This document shows, in pieces, positions 10,901 to 24,500 of a stretch of 64,000 nucleotides of DNA. Position numbers and translations under genes: made by a program. Within the stretch, counting starts at the first letter, position 1; each line of letters starts with the position of its first letter. This stretch comes from Acanthaster planci (Eukaryota), in assembly GCF_001949145.1 (NCBI RefSeq), contig NW_019091355.1, positions 1,176,083 to 1,240,082 on the forward strand. Reading direction: 5' to 3'. The notes below the pieces were generated by a model, which saw only the letters and a list, made by a program, of their open reading frames with translations, had not been told where the DNA came from and did no database searches.

Positions 10901-13900
10901 GCTGAAAACCTTGGAGGAAATCACTCTGTATATTAAAGAAGCACCAAGGTAGTAACCGACCTCGGGATTGCTTATGTTGACACCTACCAACATTGATACA
11001 GAGGGAGAGAGCTTTCTCTCAGAGGCACGTGACATGCTTGAGTGCGTAATCATTTTCGCTATTTGTTCGTGAACCTTGGGACTCTCTTTAAATGTTGGCA
11101 GTATTTTTTATTTTTGCAAGACGAACGAAATTCTTGAGTGCAATAGTGAAATCACGAAAAGAAATGACTTTATTTTCAAAGGCTTAGTGCATAAAATCCA
11201 GCGTTTTCATAGAGATATTTGCGCACTAGTGACGGTGGTGCCTTTTTTCGCTGATTTAATAGAATGTTAAAATGGATATCAGTCAAGCTTCTTAAAGACC
11301 TACTCTGAAACGATTTGTGGTTAAATATATGCTGAACACCTTAATGTTGTAAATTAATTTACAGTTTAATAATTACACGACAATCACGTGCGTCGGAAGA
11401 CGACACGAAAATAGACTGCAGAAGAATGCATTCAGAAACACATTGCACAAATCAGCCATTGGATTTTGCAATCAGAATGTGCGAATCTGGTATTCATTAC
11501 ATTCATCCTCAAAGTGTTGAGACAAAACGCCCTGTTCCATTCTGGTTACAAAGAGACAGAATTAAACCCGAAGCATTAACTTACATTGCCAGACAGAATG
11601 ATTGGTGAAAGCAAACATGTAGTTGACGCTGTCGAGTTTGTTTAAGATAGGAAGGACATCGCTATCGTGTCTCCAGAACTGTCTGTGTCACGAACATCAT
11701 TCTGGTGCATCTCCTTTGTAAAAAAAACCACTCGTCTCTTGCCAGTGCCTCTTGTCAAGTTTGATTTCTTTCAGTGGACACAATTCAAAAACGTTTTACG
11801 ATGGTGCTGTGGGTAGCCATACACACGATGGGCTTACACAGAGGGTGTTATGAAAATCAATGCATCGTTGCCACCAAGAGTTTGTTATGGAAATCACACA
11901 TGGAACAGTCGTAGAATCTGATGACGCGACGGCGTTTTGTAGAATGATACATCCTACAGTTTTAAGAGCGTGTTTCATGTGACATGTTTATTTCCGCGGT
12001 AGCAACCATTTGTCATTACTAAGGTTGCAAGAGCATATCATTCGACAAAGTTGATATCCATAAAACACATAACACACAATTTATTAATGAATTCGAAAAA
12101 TGACTAAAATATGAAACAAAAGGAAAGAAAAAAAGCAATGTAAAATATTCCCCAATGTTTCCTTTGTAAGTTTCTCATTCAGGGAACCATATTGAAACAA
12201 GTGCTTCACGTTCAAAAGGGGAAAATCCACTCGGAAATGGATAACAAACGAATGCAAGAAAAGTTCACATTCCTTGATACCGGTATATTGGCAACCATAG
12301 GTACCGCTGTATCTTTCAAGCACCGTTTAGAATAAGGAGAAAGGCAATGCTTTTACATATGGCCACCAAAACACGATACTCCCTTGGGCTCTACTGGCTG
12401 AGAGATTCGCGGAATGTCCAAATTATTTTCTTAATTGGGAGCACTGACATTCCGTTTGCTGTTTTCTCCCGCACAGGGTCACTGCCATGTGGTGTAACGT
12501 GCACCCCAATTACCTTGCTCTGCTATCCAACCGTGTTTTCTTAATCCCTTTTATACTGCTATTTATAGTCAAGCTGGTTACCGCAGCGTCTGGTCCTACT
12601 TTGAAAAGTGGTTTCAGATTGTAAAGAAGAAAACCGATATTTTCCAAAGACATTTTGGAGAACGTGATGACAGTGTTAGCATGTTTCGGCAGCATTTCTT
12701 GGCATGCACATATTATTTTTTAAAAGAGGAAGAGAAATAGATTTGGTATTCAAACATATTTTATAGTTCTCATTTTAAAAACATAATTGAACACTCCTTT
12801 TGAATTTCAGTTTTTAATGTTTTCCAGTGCAGTTTCTGACTCAAGAGAACAGTCTCCATAATGATAGAAACAGGCTGTGAGAAACCAAAGTAACATTTAG
12901 GGAACATTCTTGAAGAACATTCTAAGAAAATTACGAAAACGAATCCCGCAAAGGGTAACCGTAGACGACGTGAAATTAGTAACTATCTGGCAGAACAAAA
13001 AGGCCTTTTATTATCTGGTGCTGAATAAAAATGCAGTGTGGGTGACACACGGTGTCGTTAACGGTACCAAATCTGGGTTGACGGCTTTGGCTGGGTGCAG
13101 ATAATCCCAGCCCCGTACCCAAGGGGCAGGCACGAACCATTTATTGACGGAAGTGGCGGCAATCACCTGCTAACTTATTATTGCCCTCTCCTCGGATAAT
13201 ATTGACATTCCAAGGAAGACCGCCGGGATATGTTTGAATAGCTCTCCTCCTGTTCTCAGCAGAGCGATGGCTGAGAGCCGGTGTGACTGCTCATCTTCAT
13301 GGTAGACACAGCTGGTACCCGGCAACAGTACGCTATTTTTATGACGACTGCTGTAACTTTGTAGATGTCAAGATAGACTTGTTCTGTTCTTTTTGTTCCC
13401 ATTGTTGTTATTCTTGAAAACATCTGCTTAGGGTTATATTTTCCAGATGCGAGTTTCATTTATCCATTCCAATTTTATGCATGATCTGCCTTCTGGAAGG
13501 TGGACACACACGTTTACCATAATGTATGTGATTGTGTACTTCCATGCAGAAAGAGAAGTGTTAATCTAAGTTGGGGGTTGAAGAATGCATACCCCCCCCC
13601 ACACTTATGGCACTTCTGAGGGATTATCGAGACAATACGGGCGATTCACAATAGTGCGCCTCCAATAGTTTGCAACGCGTTCGCCAATCACAACGAGCGA
13701 AGTCTGTCGACCCTTGTCGATACATGTGGGCATGAATAAGGCTAAGTCGTTTCAGTATTTCATAAATTGGGATGACATATGACATTATCTGACTTACTGA
13801 TAAAGGCATTCTTAATTTTGGGGAAATCTAATTCTTCTGTGCGCAATAACAGGGCAAGGGAGATGACGGAACAAAACTATTAGGCCTAGACCTTTGCAAT

Positions 13901-14925
13901 TTTACTGATTGATTAATGGAGCCATCCATTATTTAATGGGTCCAAAGTCGAAGGTTTGTAGCTTAAACGACTATGATTGGAAAATGAGTCAGTCGGCCGC
14001 AGATTTTCATCATAAGTGCACAAATTCAATACCAGTGGAACGCTTTCCGTCATCCAGTCTATTTGGCTTAGCCTGCCACCTTGATACACCCGCGTGTATA
14101 GAGGGATCCCAATACGACGCTTTTAGCGTCGATCTGCGCACTTCCGCGTTTGAAAACGAGGCTGTATGTGTAAGCTTCAATTCTTAATACGATCAGACGA
14201 TTGAAAGTAAGGAGTCAAGACACAAAATACATAAAGGTATGTTAAATTCAGACTTTTTAGGCTGCAAATTTGTGTGGATGACTCTTTCAGGACGACTCGA
14301 CACGTAAAATCGAAAGAAAAAATAACAGTTGACCGCAAACTAACGTATCTGCTATGATCGTGTATCTTAAACTGAAGTGGCGTCACACTTACGAACCGGA
14401 TACTCCATGTACTGTGTGGACTCCGCGGGCGCGAGGAAGTTCAACACAGAGAGCCTCGTTTTCGAGGCAGATATGCGCAGACGGCCCTAATGTGAAATCC
14501 CTCTGTGGCTTCCCATTTATATGCATGATGTTAGCGCATATACGTCACCGACTACCGGGAGCGAAAACGAAGTTTGTCGTATCTTCCGGTTATTACCACT
14601 CTGATATGCCACAACTTTTTCTCAGATTCGATTAAAATAATAAGTTGTATGGTTGGAATGCCATAGCAACAAACAGAATGCTCAAATCGCTATGCTACCC
14701 AATGCGTTAACTTGAAACCATACGTTTTTATGGGCAAGCTGTTTTTACAAAATACAATTTGTCGCTGGAGATTTCAGGTAACGATTTTATTCAGTAAATG
14801 TGTTTGAAACCTTGAATATGTAGATGCTATATCAATGTACTTGGGTTTATAAGAAAAGTACTCGTAAAGATATCTTGAATGTTAGGAATGGAACATAATT
14901 TGTCCTGGCTGGTCTCAGTGCTCAC

Positions 14926-15035
14926 CTCTGGTAGAGGACTATGTCAGGTTTCCACAGCATATTCGCTGGTATCCGCACCACTGCTGTTCCGTTGAACTTC
15001 TCTGGATCCCACGTGAGAAATTCGTCTAGCCAGCT
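14926..15035 (-). CDS. Nicotinic acetylcholine receptor exon (110 nt, loop A)
   Basis: tag acceptor, gtgag donor. Encodes SWLDEFLTWDPEKFNGTAVVRIPANMLWKPDIVLYQ(S); 110 nt is the usual size of this nAChR exon. Not in the ORF track. Confidence 0.95.
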
Positions 15036-15264
15036 CTACATATATCAAAAGGAATAACAAATTCTGTTTAAGTTTGCTTTAATTGAGACCTGCTGCATTA
15101 TAGCCTGTGCAGCAAGACTTAACCAAGTATTTTGCCAAAGGTACGACCAGATGTGGTATTTCTTCAAGTTATTACCAACGGCTTTTAATTAAAGTTCAGT
15201 TTCCCTCTCATGTTTCCCGAAACTCCTTAATGAAGAATATTATGCGTAACTCATGTTGCCTTAC

Positions 15265-15309
15265 CATTCTTAACCAAACATTAACTGCTAGCTGCTGTTT
15301 CACCTCATC
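15265..15309 (-). CDS. Nicotinic acetylcholine receptor exon (45 nt, loop D)
   Basis: ttttcttccctcacag acceptor, gtaagg donor. Encodes DEVKQQLAVNVWLRM, the typical 45-nt phase 0-0 nAChR exon. Confidence 0.93.
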
Positions 15310-18300
15310 CTGTGAGGGAAGAAAACAAACAAAGAAGAGATTTGAAAAAAAATCTACAACAAAATATTAGTCCTTAGTTATTACGTAGCCTTAGCCTCGT
15401 GAGAAGGCCTAAACACCATGAAGCGTGCGACCAAAAAGAATATAGGCTTATTTTGCGACTACATGTATTTCTGCTCAATGTGATAAAGTAAACGAACCAC
15501 TCCCAAAATCTATTAAACAAATTTATTTAGCTCTTTCAGTGGGATCCACTTGCACTGCGTGTACGGTATGGACCTATGGACATGATTACATTACATGACC
15601 TATTACATGATTGACCTACAGACTATAAATGAGATGCAACCTCTAGACGGACGCTGGACAAGTCCCAAAAGTGTGTAAATCAGTTGAAGTCACCAGTGCA
15701 GCGGAACAGATTGTTGAATATGATCCCCAATTACATTCCTTAATTATGTCCAGATTTAAGCATCATGGGACGGGCATGGACGACCCCTGTAATTACAAGT
15801 GGGGCCTTAACAAATTGGGGAGCAAATCTAAACGCTATGGCACACTAAAATAGAAGCCGAGATAAAAGGACAACGGGGTGGAAATATATCAAGAGTCAAA
15901 GCCAGGCTATATCGTGGATAAGGTTTGAGCGCCAGGTGTCGCATAGATTGTATCGATGAGTCTCGGTGATGAGAAATAGCCTTTTGGTGTGACGACTATT
16001 TGACGACTATTTGATGTCGCCAAAGTTCAGGAACTAGCTGCGTCTGCATATGCGGAACAACTTTGTATCCTCGATATGGCACGTTCGTCTTTAAGAAGAT
16101 ATGATTACACATAGTGCGGGTGCTTCAGGTATACGCATGTACGGCGGTAGTTTGATTACTTCCTCTTACAGACGAACGTGTTTATCTGTATTGTGTAGCA
16201 TTGTTTCGTGATATGCCAAAACTACGAGTATTTGAGGTATTTTGTTCGAACTGGTACTTTTATGACCCAAATGGGTAACTAGTATTATAGGTTCGTCGAC
16301 TGCCAAAAAGTAGTCGGTCCTACATGCATTTCGATTAAAACCCTCCTTTTGCTGTAACAGTCACAGACAGTCAAAAGTTCCTTCCACTTCTCCCTGTACA
16401 GTACTTATACATATATGTCACTTGACTGATTTTGACTGATACGACAAATGTGTTAAGAATGCATCTTTGCATTATTAGGCCTACAAGGGCCGACTTTGTT
16501 GAAAAATAAGCAGTGTCACGGTGAACTCTCGTCTTCAGCAATGTCGTGTGTTAGTGACTGCCGGCTATCTGACATGATTGAAGGGTATTAAGGAGATTCA
16601 TGGTTTCTCCCTAGACCTCCATGTGAAATTTTGTTAGAGAGACGTAGGGTAATATCAACCAAGTGCTTAGCAATCTGGCAGTATGTCTCTTTTCAAGACA
16701 GTGCTTGCGATGAAATGCTCTATTTTCTGCTAAATGCGTAATACCTCGAAAAGCAACAGAATGGCCAGAAACCAATCGGGGAACCGTGCAAAAAGACGTA
16801 TCGAAGATGAACAGAGATAAAACTCTTTAGGAATGAAGGCCATTGTTGACAGAATACCTTTCTGGTAGACATCTAGGCCTAAGTGTACCCAATCAAACCC
16901 TCGAATCCGACTAGTGCACTTTCACGCTACGTGACGTACGCCTTGAATATCCGTCGGCAAGTCGATGAGCTAGCCAGAGGGGTCGTGAGTGTGATGAGAG
17001 GCTCACGATCCTCGCTGTTTGTTTCGACCCAGCGGTCGACATGGGGTCAGAAATCAGCCACTGACAGCTTCCCCCTGCCCGATGTAAAAACATCCCCTTG
17101 TTGACGTAACCGTAAAGACGACAGGGTTGATAACTGGCCCGAGAACGGTCCTGCGAGAGTACAGTGCTCCTTGCCCTTTATTTTCTGATTTGATCAGTCC
17201 CGTCGAACAATATTTATACTCCATCATCGTTTTTGGAAGATCGATAGGCAATCTTCTTTAACTGTTCATTCCACTCCAACTATCGATCGCCACCCGTCAA
17301 TAATAAAAGAACGCGAATCAAACGCCTCCCGCTGACTCAAAAACAACCTCATTCTTTTACGACAGATGCACAAAAGGAATCCGTCTATGAAGTTTGAATA
17401 GATTCTATGGCGAAAAATCTTTGCAAATTCTATTGTTACCTCAGTACTTCAGCAACTGTTCTCAACAACAAGCCTGTAATTTTCGCCCGTAGAAGATCTG
17501 TGATTGTTTTCTCTTCTTTGTTCTTTTCAGCTTGTCATCTGATGAGATATTGAGGAAAATTGTTCCTTTAAAGTATTTTGTCATATTTAAGATGCTGATC
17601 TAATGTTCTTTTAAGTTCATGTTATGATTGATAAAGCTCTGTTCCTTTGTGTTTGTTTGCTAGTTCGCAAATTTAACTTTGCTGTCGACGTATGATCTCT
17701 TGTTATTTTCTTCGTATGACTTTTCATTCCACCATTCATCTTACACTGCAAAAACACATTTGATTGGCGAATCGGTCGATCTAAATCTTTTAAACAGTTT
17801 GTCAGTGACATTGAATAAACATGCTGACTTAGAAATGCACCTTTACATAACGAATAACTGGCTGAAAGGAAATCAGGACGGGTCATCCAGGAGAGTCTGG
17901 GTAGCATATGTCCTCGCTCTCGCCTTGTTTTTCATTTAGAGATTCTGGGACAACAAATAAGTAATTAAAGGCGTCCAACGGCAAGAAACAGCCGAGTGGT
18001 TCTGGTAACCCAATTAACAGACCCCTATGGCCCAGGGCCAGTTGTGTTCTGACAGGACGGTCAGCAGCGAAATTTGTGTAGCAGACTACTCCAAACGCCA
18101 TTATGCATGCAATGTAGGATTTTAAGAGTCTTGACATTGAAGGAACTGAAGAACTGTAAAATAATCGTGATTTTGTATTTTTCGCATTTTGGCAAAACAT
18201 TTAGGAATGTGCTTATTATTTGACGCAGTTGTTTTGCTGCCACGTTGCTGTTGACATATGTTTCTTTTCACCAGATTTGAGAATTTTGCTGCTCATACGA

Positions 18301-21300
18301 GATACTTTGTTGAGAGTAAAGTGGTTAAAACGAGATTATTATATTGTTCCAACAAATTATGAGGAACATTTATGGCAGCTGTTTGCTTTCCCAATTCGGC
18401 AAATGAGCAGATGGTGCCGTATTCAACTGATTAGGCCTACTTTTCAGTTTGAATTTTAGGCATGATCGTTTTGGTAGAATGCCACCGTAATATTTTACCA
18501 AATAGTTTATAAATTGAACAGAAAGTATTATGGAAAGAACAAACCTCCACGGTGTATAGATTCGTTGTCTCAATAATGAATATTTTCCTAACTTATTTGT
18601 TTCTTTTGAGATTTGAGGGATTGTGTTAATTAGTGTAAATGTTACAATTTAGTCTGACATTCAGCAGGAATACATCAAAATAGAATCGAGGGCATTTCCA
18701 TGTGTAATTGAGGCAGTTTACCCCGCAACCCCTCTCAACAATTTGTACTCTACTATGTAATTCGCGCTCTTATTCGCGGTAAGTTAAAGCCTTGCAGACA
18801 ACGTTAGAATATCGAATGCAGCTCTAGATCTAGCCGAGTTGAATATCCTAAAGCCGCTTCAAACGGGACACAAGCCTATGGTATTTTGTGTAGTCACTCC
18901 CAACTGACCACGCAAAGCCCGCGGACGTCATTAATTAAGTTGGATAAAGCACGAAAAAACATACCTCAAATCTGCAGTGAGGCTGTTCAGGACCAACAGA
19001 AAATAGCTCCAGGTCCCGACGACCCAGGCACAGTTATGTTGCCACTCATTTCAAATTACCCTGTAATGAGCGTTGCGTTTTGCCGGTGTGATCTGAAATC
19101 CGCGCGATGCTTTTCCCCTATGGGGAAGGTTTTGACCGGGCTGTAAATAATACGTTACTGTTTAATTAGAAGGGGCCGGTAAGGGCTGATTCACTTCAAC
19201 TGTTAAGGAAAGGTGAAAGCACAAACACACTGAGTTTTTTGATATTCAAAGAATGCGTGGTTTAACAAACTCATGCTTTATAATAATCTACTTGCGACGC
19301 AGAGTGCTTCAGTTGCGTGCATTTTTTTTTAAACGGCGTATTCTAACCTAGCCGTTGTTATTTAGTTCTATCTTAATTTTGTGACTAGCTATTATTTGTC
19401 ACCTGAAAATTACCCAAAGAGTTGATTTACCATGTCTTGGTTTCTGCACGTACTAGTCAAACCACTTTATGAGCTTATTTTTCAACCCTTCAACTCGTAT
19501 GTCTTCATGAAACAGAACATACGCGTCTGGTTTCTCAGCTTTGCCGCGAACTCTTTTTACGACAGAGAAAGAGTTTTTCCCGCTTCGACTTGACCAAATA
19601 ACTCAGTTGCATTGCACAATATAACCATTTGTCAAGGTATCGTCAACATGTGTGTGTTCTTGAAAAAATTCGGTCAGCAGTACAGTCACACTTGCGCTCG
19701 TCAGCAGCAGCCAGATACGCAGGGCGGTGGCTTGTTTCTGCTCTTCACCGGGCGAATTAGCCCGGCTCTTGCGGCTCTCTTGAAAGCGCGCTCCGAGCGG
19801 TTTGTGCGTTTAATATTGAACATGTGACTGTTTCATGCTCCTTTTCTATCGTGGACAGACCAAGTAGGCAAGGGGGTAATCATTATTCATAGTTGCATTA
19901 TGTTTATAATTCAGACAAAAATGTGACATTAAGGAGAAGGGAGGGCCTCATGTATTTATCATTTGAAATTTAGACGAAAATGTGTGAAATATTGCTTTTG
20001 GTCCATCTACAATTTTTGCTGAAATTCTCTTACCCTACAACTATCCACGGCAATTGCTCACGACAGTCACAGAACAGTCGTCCGTTTTGCAGGCCCCTTC
20101 CCACACAACAGCAACCCTCCCAGCAGTCCGTATAGTTACGGGCCGGAATTCCTTCCTCTTTTGCCGCCAAATGTATTTAATTTTACGCGCGACAAAGCAA
20201 TTTTCCCGCACTTTTCTCCGTCCGTTCATTCCAGAGATGCGCCTCGGGCCACTGGCGATTCTGATTCTGGTGTACAGACCTCCCTCTTTGCGTCCATCCT
20301 CTTGTATCTTTCCGTCATCTTGAACAAAGGCGTGTATTAAGATAAGATTAAGAACGGATAGAATTTCTGTATCTGAAAGATATCGGATATGGGCGGCTAT
20401 ATAGCTGTGTCCTAATTTTCGTCAGGTTTAAAATTGCCTGCGCTGTACATTAAAATCCCATCAAATTCCAATCCTCTATCCGCAGAAATTATGACATGTT
20501 TAGGTACTCAGCAACCTATTTGTTCTTCAAAACATGCATTGCTTTCGTCCTGACCTTTCTATGGTCGTGAAATACGGGAATTGACAAGCTCAATTCAACA
20601 TTTGACATTTTAAAGTTTATTATCCGGAACCAAGTGTTTGATGTCTGAGACCTAAAAAAAAATCGAGTAATTTCAAACAATGACTCGACTTCCCTGTTTT
20701 CTCGTAACTCTATCGGTTATCTACATGGATGAGTTTCAGTCGCGTAATTACTCAGATGAATGCTGAAATCCTATCTGATGTACGTCGGTATATGAAGCTC
20801 AAGCGTATAACAGTTGCCACTAAGGACAACTATCTTTTGCAGATACCATTAAATGCGACCAAATTAAGTAGAATTCATTTCCTGTCATTCATCTGACCAA
20901 AATGATAACTGTCAGACATACGTCTGGGAATATTTGGCCATGCTTCGTACTCTGACTTCAACATGTGCTCGGGCCACATGCTTGAATTAACGATTTCCAA
21001 TCGCATATCTCCCGCTATTGACAAAAATATTTATCAGTCTGAAAACAACCATTCCTCCGTTCCTGCCTACAAATTCTGGAACATTTTTGAAATAAAGCTC
21101 GTCTCATTGGAAGAGGTTGCAAAGATGTTATTGTTTAATTACTTTTGTGTTTTCACTGTTCTATATCCCCACACCTTTCGTTTCCCTTCTATGCCGAGTT
21201 GACTTACAAGCCTATGCTTAATAGGCCTATATCTACATGTACTTTGATTTTTACCTCACAAGTGATCCCAGGTATAAACCACCGTTGAATTGAAACCGAT

Positions 21301-21451
21301 AAGAGAGCCCTTGACTAACGGCACATGTTTGCCCACCACTGGTAAACCTCCTGTGCTTCTTAATTTCTTTCACCAATCGGGCCCAATGAGAACAGTTTGG
21401 TATTTCAAAAAAGAGTTCTAGGCCATTCGGGAACAAAGCACGCGTGTGAGT

Positions 21452-21598
21452 TGGCGTATAGAGTACTGGAATATGACGTGTTATGCAAACGGAAGGAGTA
21501 TGCGCACGCGTGTTGATTCACGCACTGGTACCCTGGCTATGCCTTTTACATTTTATGATTTGTGCGCGTGACGTATTCATGTCGGTACTCTATGGCCA
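21452..21598. repeat. Small imperfect inverted-repeat element
   Basis: tggcgtATAGAGTAC...GTACTCTATggcca termini (9-bp perfect core) enclosing CG-rich cgcg motifs. Confidence 0.4.
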
Positions 21599-24500
21599 CG
21601 TATTGCTATTCAAAAATGGCCTTGGATGAGCTTCGTTTTGAGCATGCGCTGTGTAAATGCTGAACTGGCTCTTTCCACAGAGCTGCTGAGCTGGCAAATC
21701 AACAGAACACCAGTCTCAACTAATAAACCTCACATGAAACTTTGGCTTTGAAGTAACCTATTCTTGCTAAGCAAATTATGCATTTGCTTAACGAATTTCT
21801 GCTGCTTGGTAGTTTAAGCAGCATTAAGACGCCTTTTCATTATGCGCGTCAACACCTACGCCAAGCGTTGAGTAGGCCCATCTGTCAAAATCGCTTCCGG
21901 GGCCATTCTGACGGCCTAATACAACGCACACTTATGTTATATAAATGGAATCGATTTTTGTGTCCGTGAAAATGCAACGCATGAACGCATCGTTTACGCA
22001 ACGCACCCTCAAACGTACATCTGGAAAGGCGCCTTTATGCAAGGCCTCTTTGCACTCCATCGATTCTTCTAGTTCTTCTAGTTCTACTCCGGCAGCAACG
22101 GGGCACATCCACTTCTTTTGAGAATGCAATCTCTGTGTAGAATTGTGGAAAGTGAAGATCCCTTGATGTATGCCTTTGTGGGTCACTTTAACCCTTGCTT
22201 TAATCTGTGAAATTATAAAAGGACTCTAATGGCGCCATTAATGAATTGAATCTCACGCGCAAAAGCAACGCAGCTAGTGTGTATCAGGATTGCGTTTATA
22301 ATCCACGTAATACGCACGAACTCAGCAATGAGACTTTCGCAGTGAGTCTATTATGACAACTGTCGTATACCTTCTTAGGCTAATAGACAGCAGAGATTGG
22401 GCGCGTAGATTTGCGGTAAAAAGACGTAGACTACGCTACATAGCCCTTCAGGAAAGTGCAGGCATAATAAGTTATCGTAACTATCGCAATTGGAGACTGC
22501 ACTGACATTAAAAAGGTACGGATATATTCTGCAGCTCTCAACTGATATCGACGACACAGGTAGCTTGAAATTCGTCAAGGTTGAAGAACCGCACAAGTCA
22601 GTGACTCTTTACTACCGGTGTGTTCAGTTTGAAGACGTTCAAAGAAGGTTTGGTTGCACCGAATTGATGAGAGGGTCCCTTATGTTATCGGTGAAGCCGC
22701 GCACCAAACAAGGCGTAGAAAGTGTCAGCATATCAGCGCTCAGACGCAAACCATTCACACAGGTACTGTTGGCAGTAATTGGCGGTGAGTCTCGAAGGGC
22801 TGCCGCTGTAAGTGATTAGAATAATGCTGCACGGAATAGTGGGACTGGTAATTGATATCATACCAGAGAGGCACATTCATGCCGAAATAATGTTACCAAA
22901 CGTCTTGTTTCAGAATGTGCATGTACATGTACGTCATCGAAACTTTGGAAGGTATCTGCATAAACATTTCCACACAGAATAAAACCAAGTGACATTTAAA
23001 GAGGCTCAAAGGCATTCAGATCGTATCATTTTTATGAATGTGACGTACACGGAGATGTTGCCATTTTGGGAAGAAATTGAAAGCACCAGTATTCTAAAAC
23101 GTTACCATCACCTTTAAAGGGAGATGAAAGTGTTTGCACGGATGAAAATAATTGGACAGTCGTTTTCAGACAGTCTCTGTATCGGAAATGTAGCTAATGT
23201 TTTGAGTCGACACACAAGACAGATCGTGTGCACACGCTGCAGATACGTTCTTATGTATAGAGGGCGAATCGTCCGCTGCCCGTTTTCCAGTATCGAATGC
23301 CTATTATAAGCACAGATCATCCCACGTGAGTATACACGACAAAATGGCGCGGAAGGTAACCTATGACATGACATGTTGTCAAAATGCGATTTTAAGGAGG
23401 TCCCGCTGTCTATTGCACATTTGCCCTGCGTGTGCAGTTGCCCTGGCACTTTGTTAATTTCACATTGCTTATTGTTATTGTACGTACACACTGTGACCCA
23501 TTTAACATTTATGCTAACTAAATAACTAAATACCCCGCTGTCAAATTGGCATGACTTTGTCCAGATTTGATAGGGATTCATGTAATATCAACCAACCGAT
23601 ATAGGCCTTGAATGTATTATTCGACCACGCAAGAGTATTCGGCTCAAACAATATAAGAAACCCTCGCAATGTTCATGCATTTTTTCGAAAATGGCGTCGC
23701 AAGGTATCATTCTAAGAACAAATAATCGTAGATGCTAGTTCAAAAGAAGAGAAGTAAATGGCGATGGTACTCTAAAAATATACGGTGAGCTACTCTTAAC
23801 TCCAGAGCCAAAATGTCACAGGTAACCAACAATATAAGTTTGGGGGATTGAATACCCAATTTTGTGTTAACGTCATTGGATTGCTTCATGATCCAGTGAC
23901 GTGTACACACATTAAGTGGACGCTGATTGATTACAGTCTCGACACATCTGTGCTCAAAATTACGTCGTTATGAGCCTAAGAGCTCGAGAGCACGCTCTGC
24001 GTGGGCTTGGTCCGAAAATACACCTGTGAATGTCAAAATAGTGTGTGATTAAGGCCAAGTCGATCAATAATCATGTGGTTTTTTCATTTAAAGACCTGCC
24101 AAGACAAATTTGTTTCCATAGGATTACTCATGCTTCATGAAGCGATTTCATTACTGAGGAATGCATGTTCCACAAGTAAAAAGAACAAACAAGTCAACAC
24201 TTGCACTTTTGAAAAAAAAGAAGGATTTTTTCCTTTTAAGTTATTACCAATGCAAGCAGTCCCTTTCCGACCACACGCAGACCCGTTTGCCAGGGCGTAC
24301 AAATCACTACAGCACATCATTCCATATGTCGTCGTAACCCGTAAAACTGCAGTTGCAGAAATAACGTGAGCCTTTATTCGGGCGCCGTACAGTAAGTACT
24401 TGGAAAGTATACAATGAACGTATCTTACCAAGTCTTGGGTTTTAAATTAAGATATTTTGTGATCTATATTGGCAAACTAGGTGTGCAATGACATACATGT

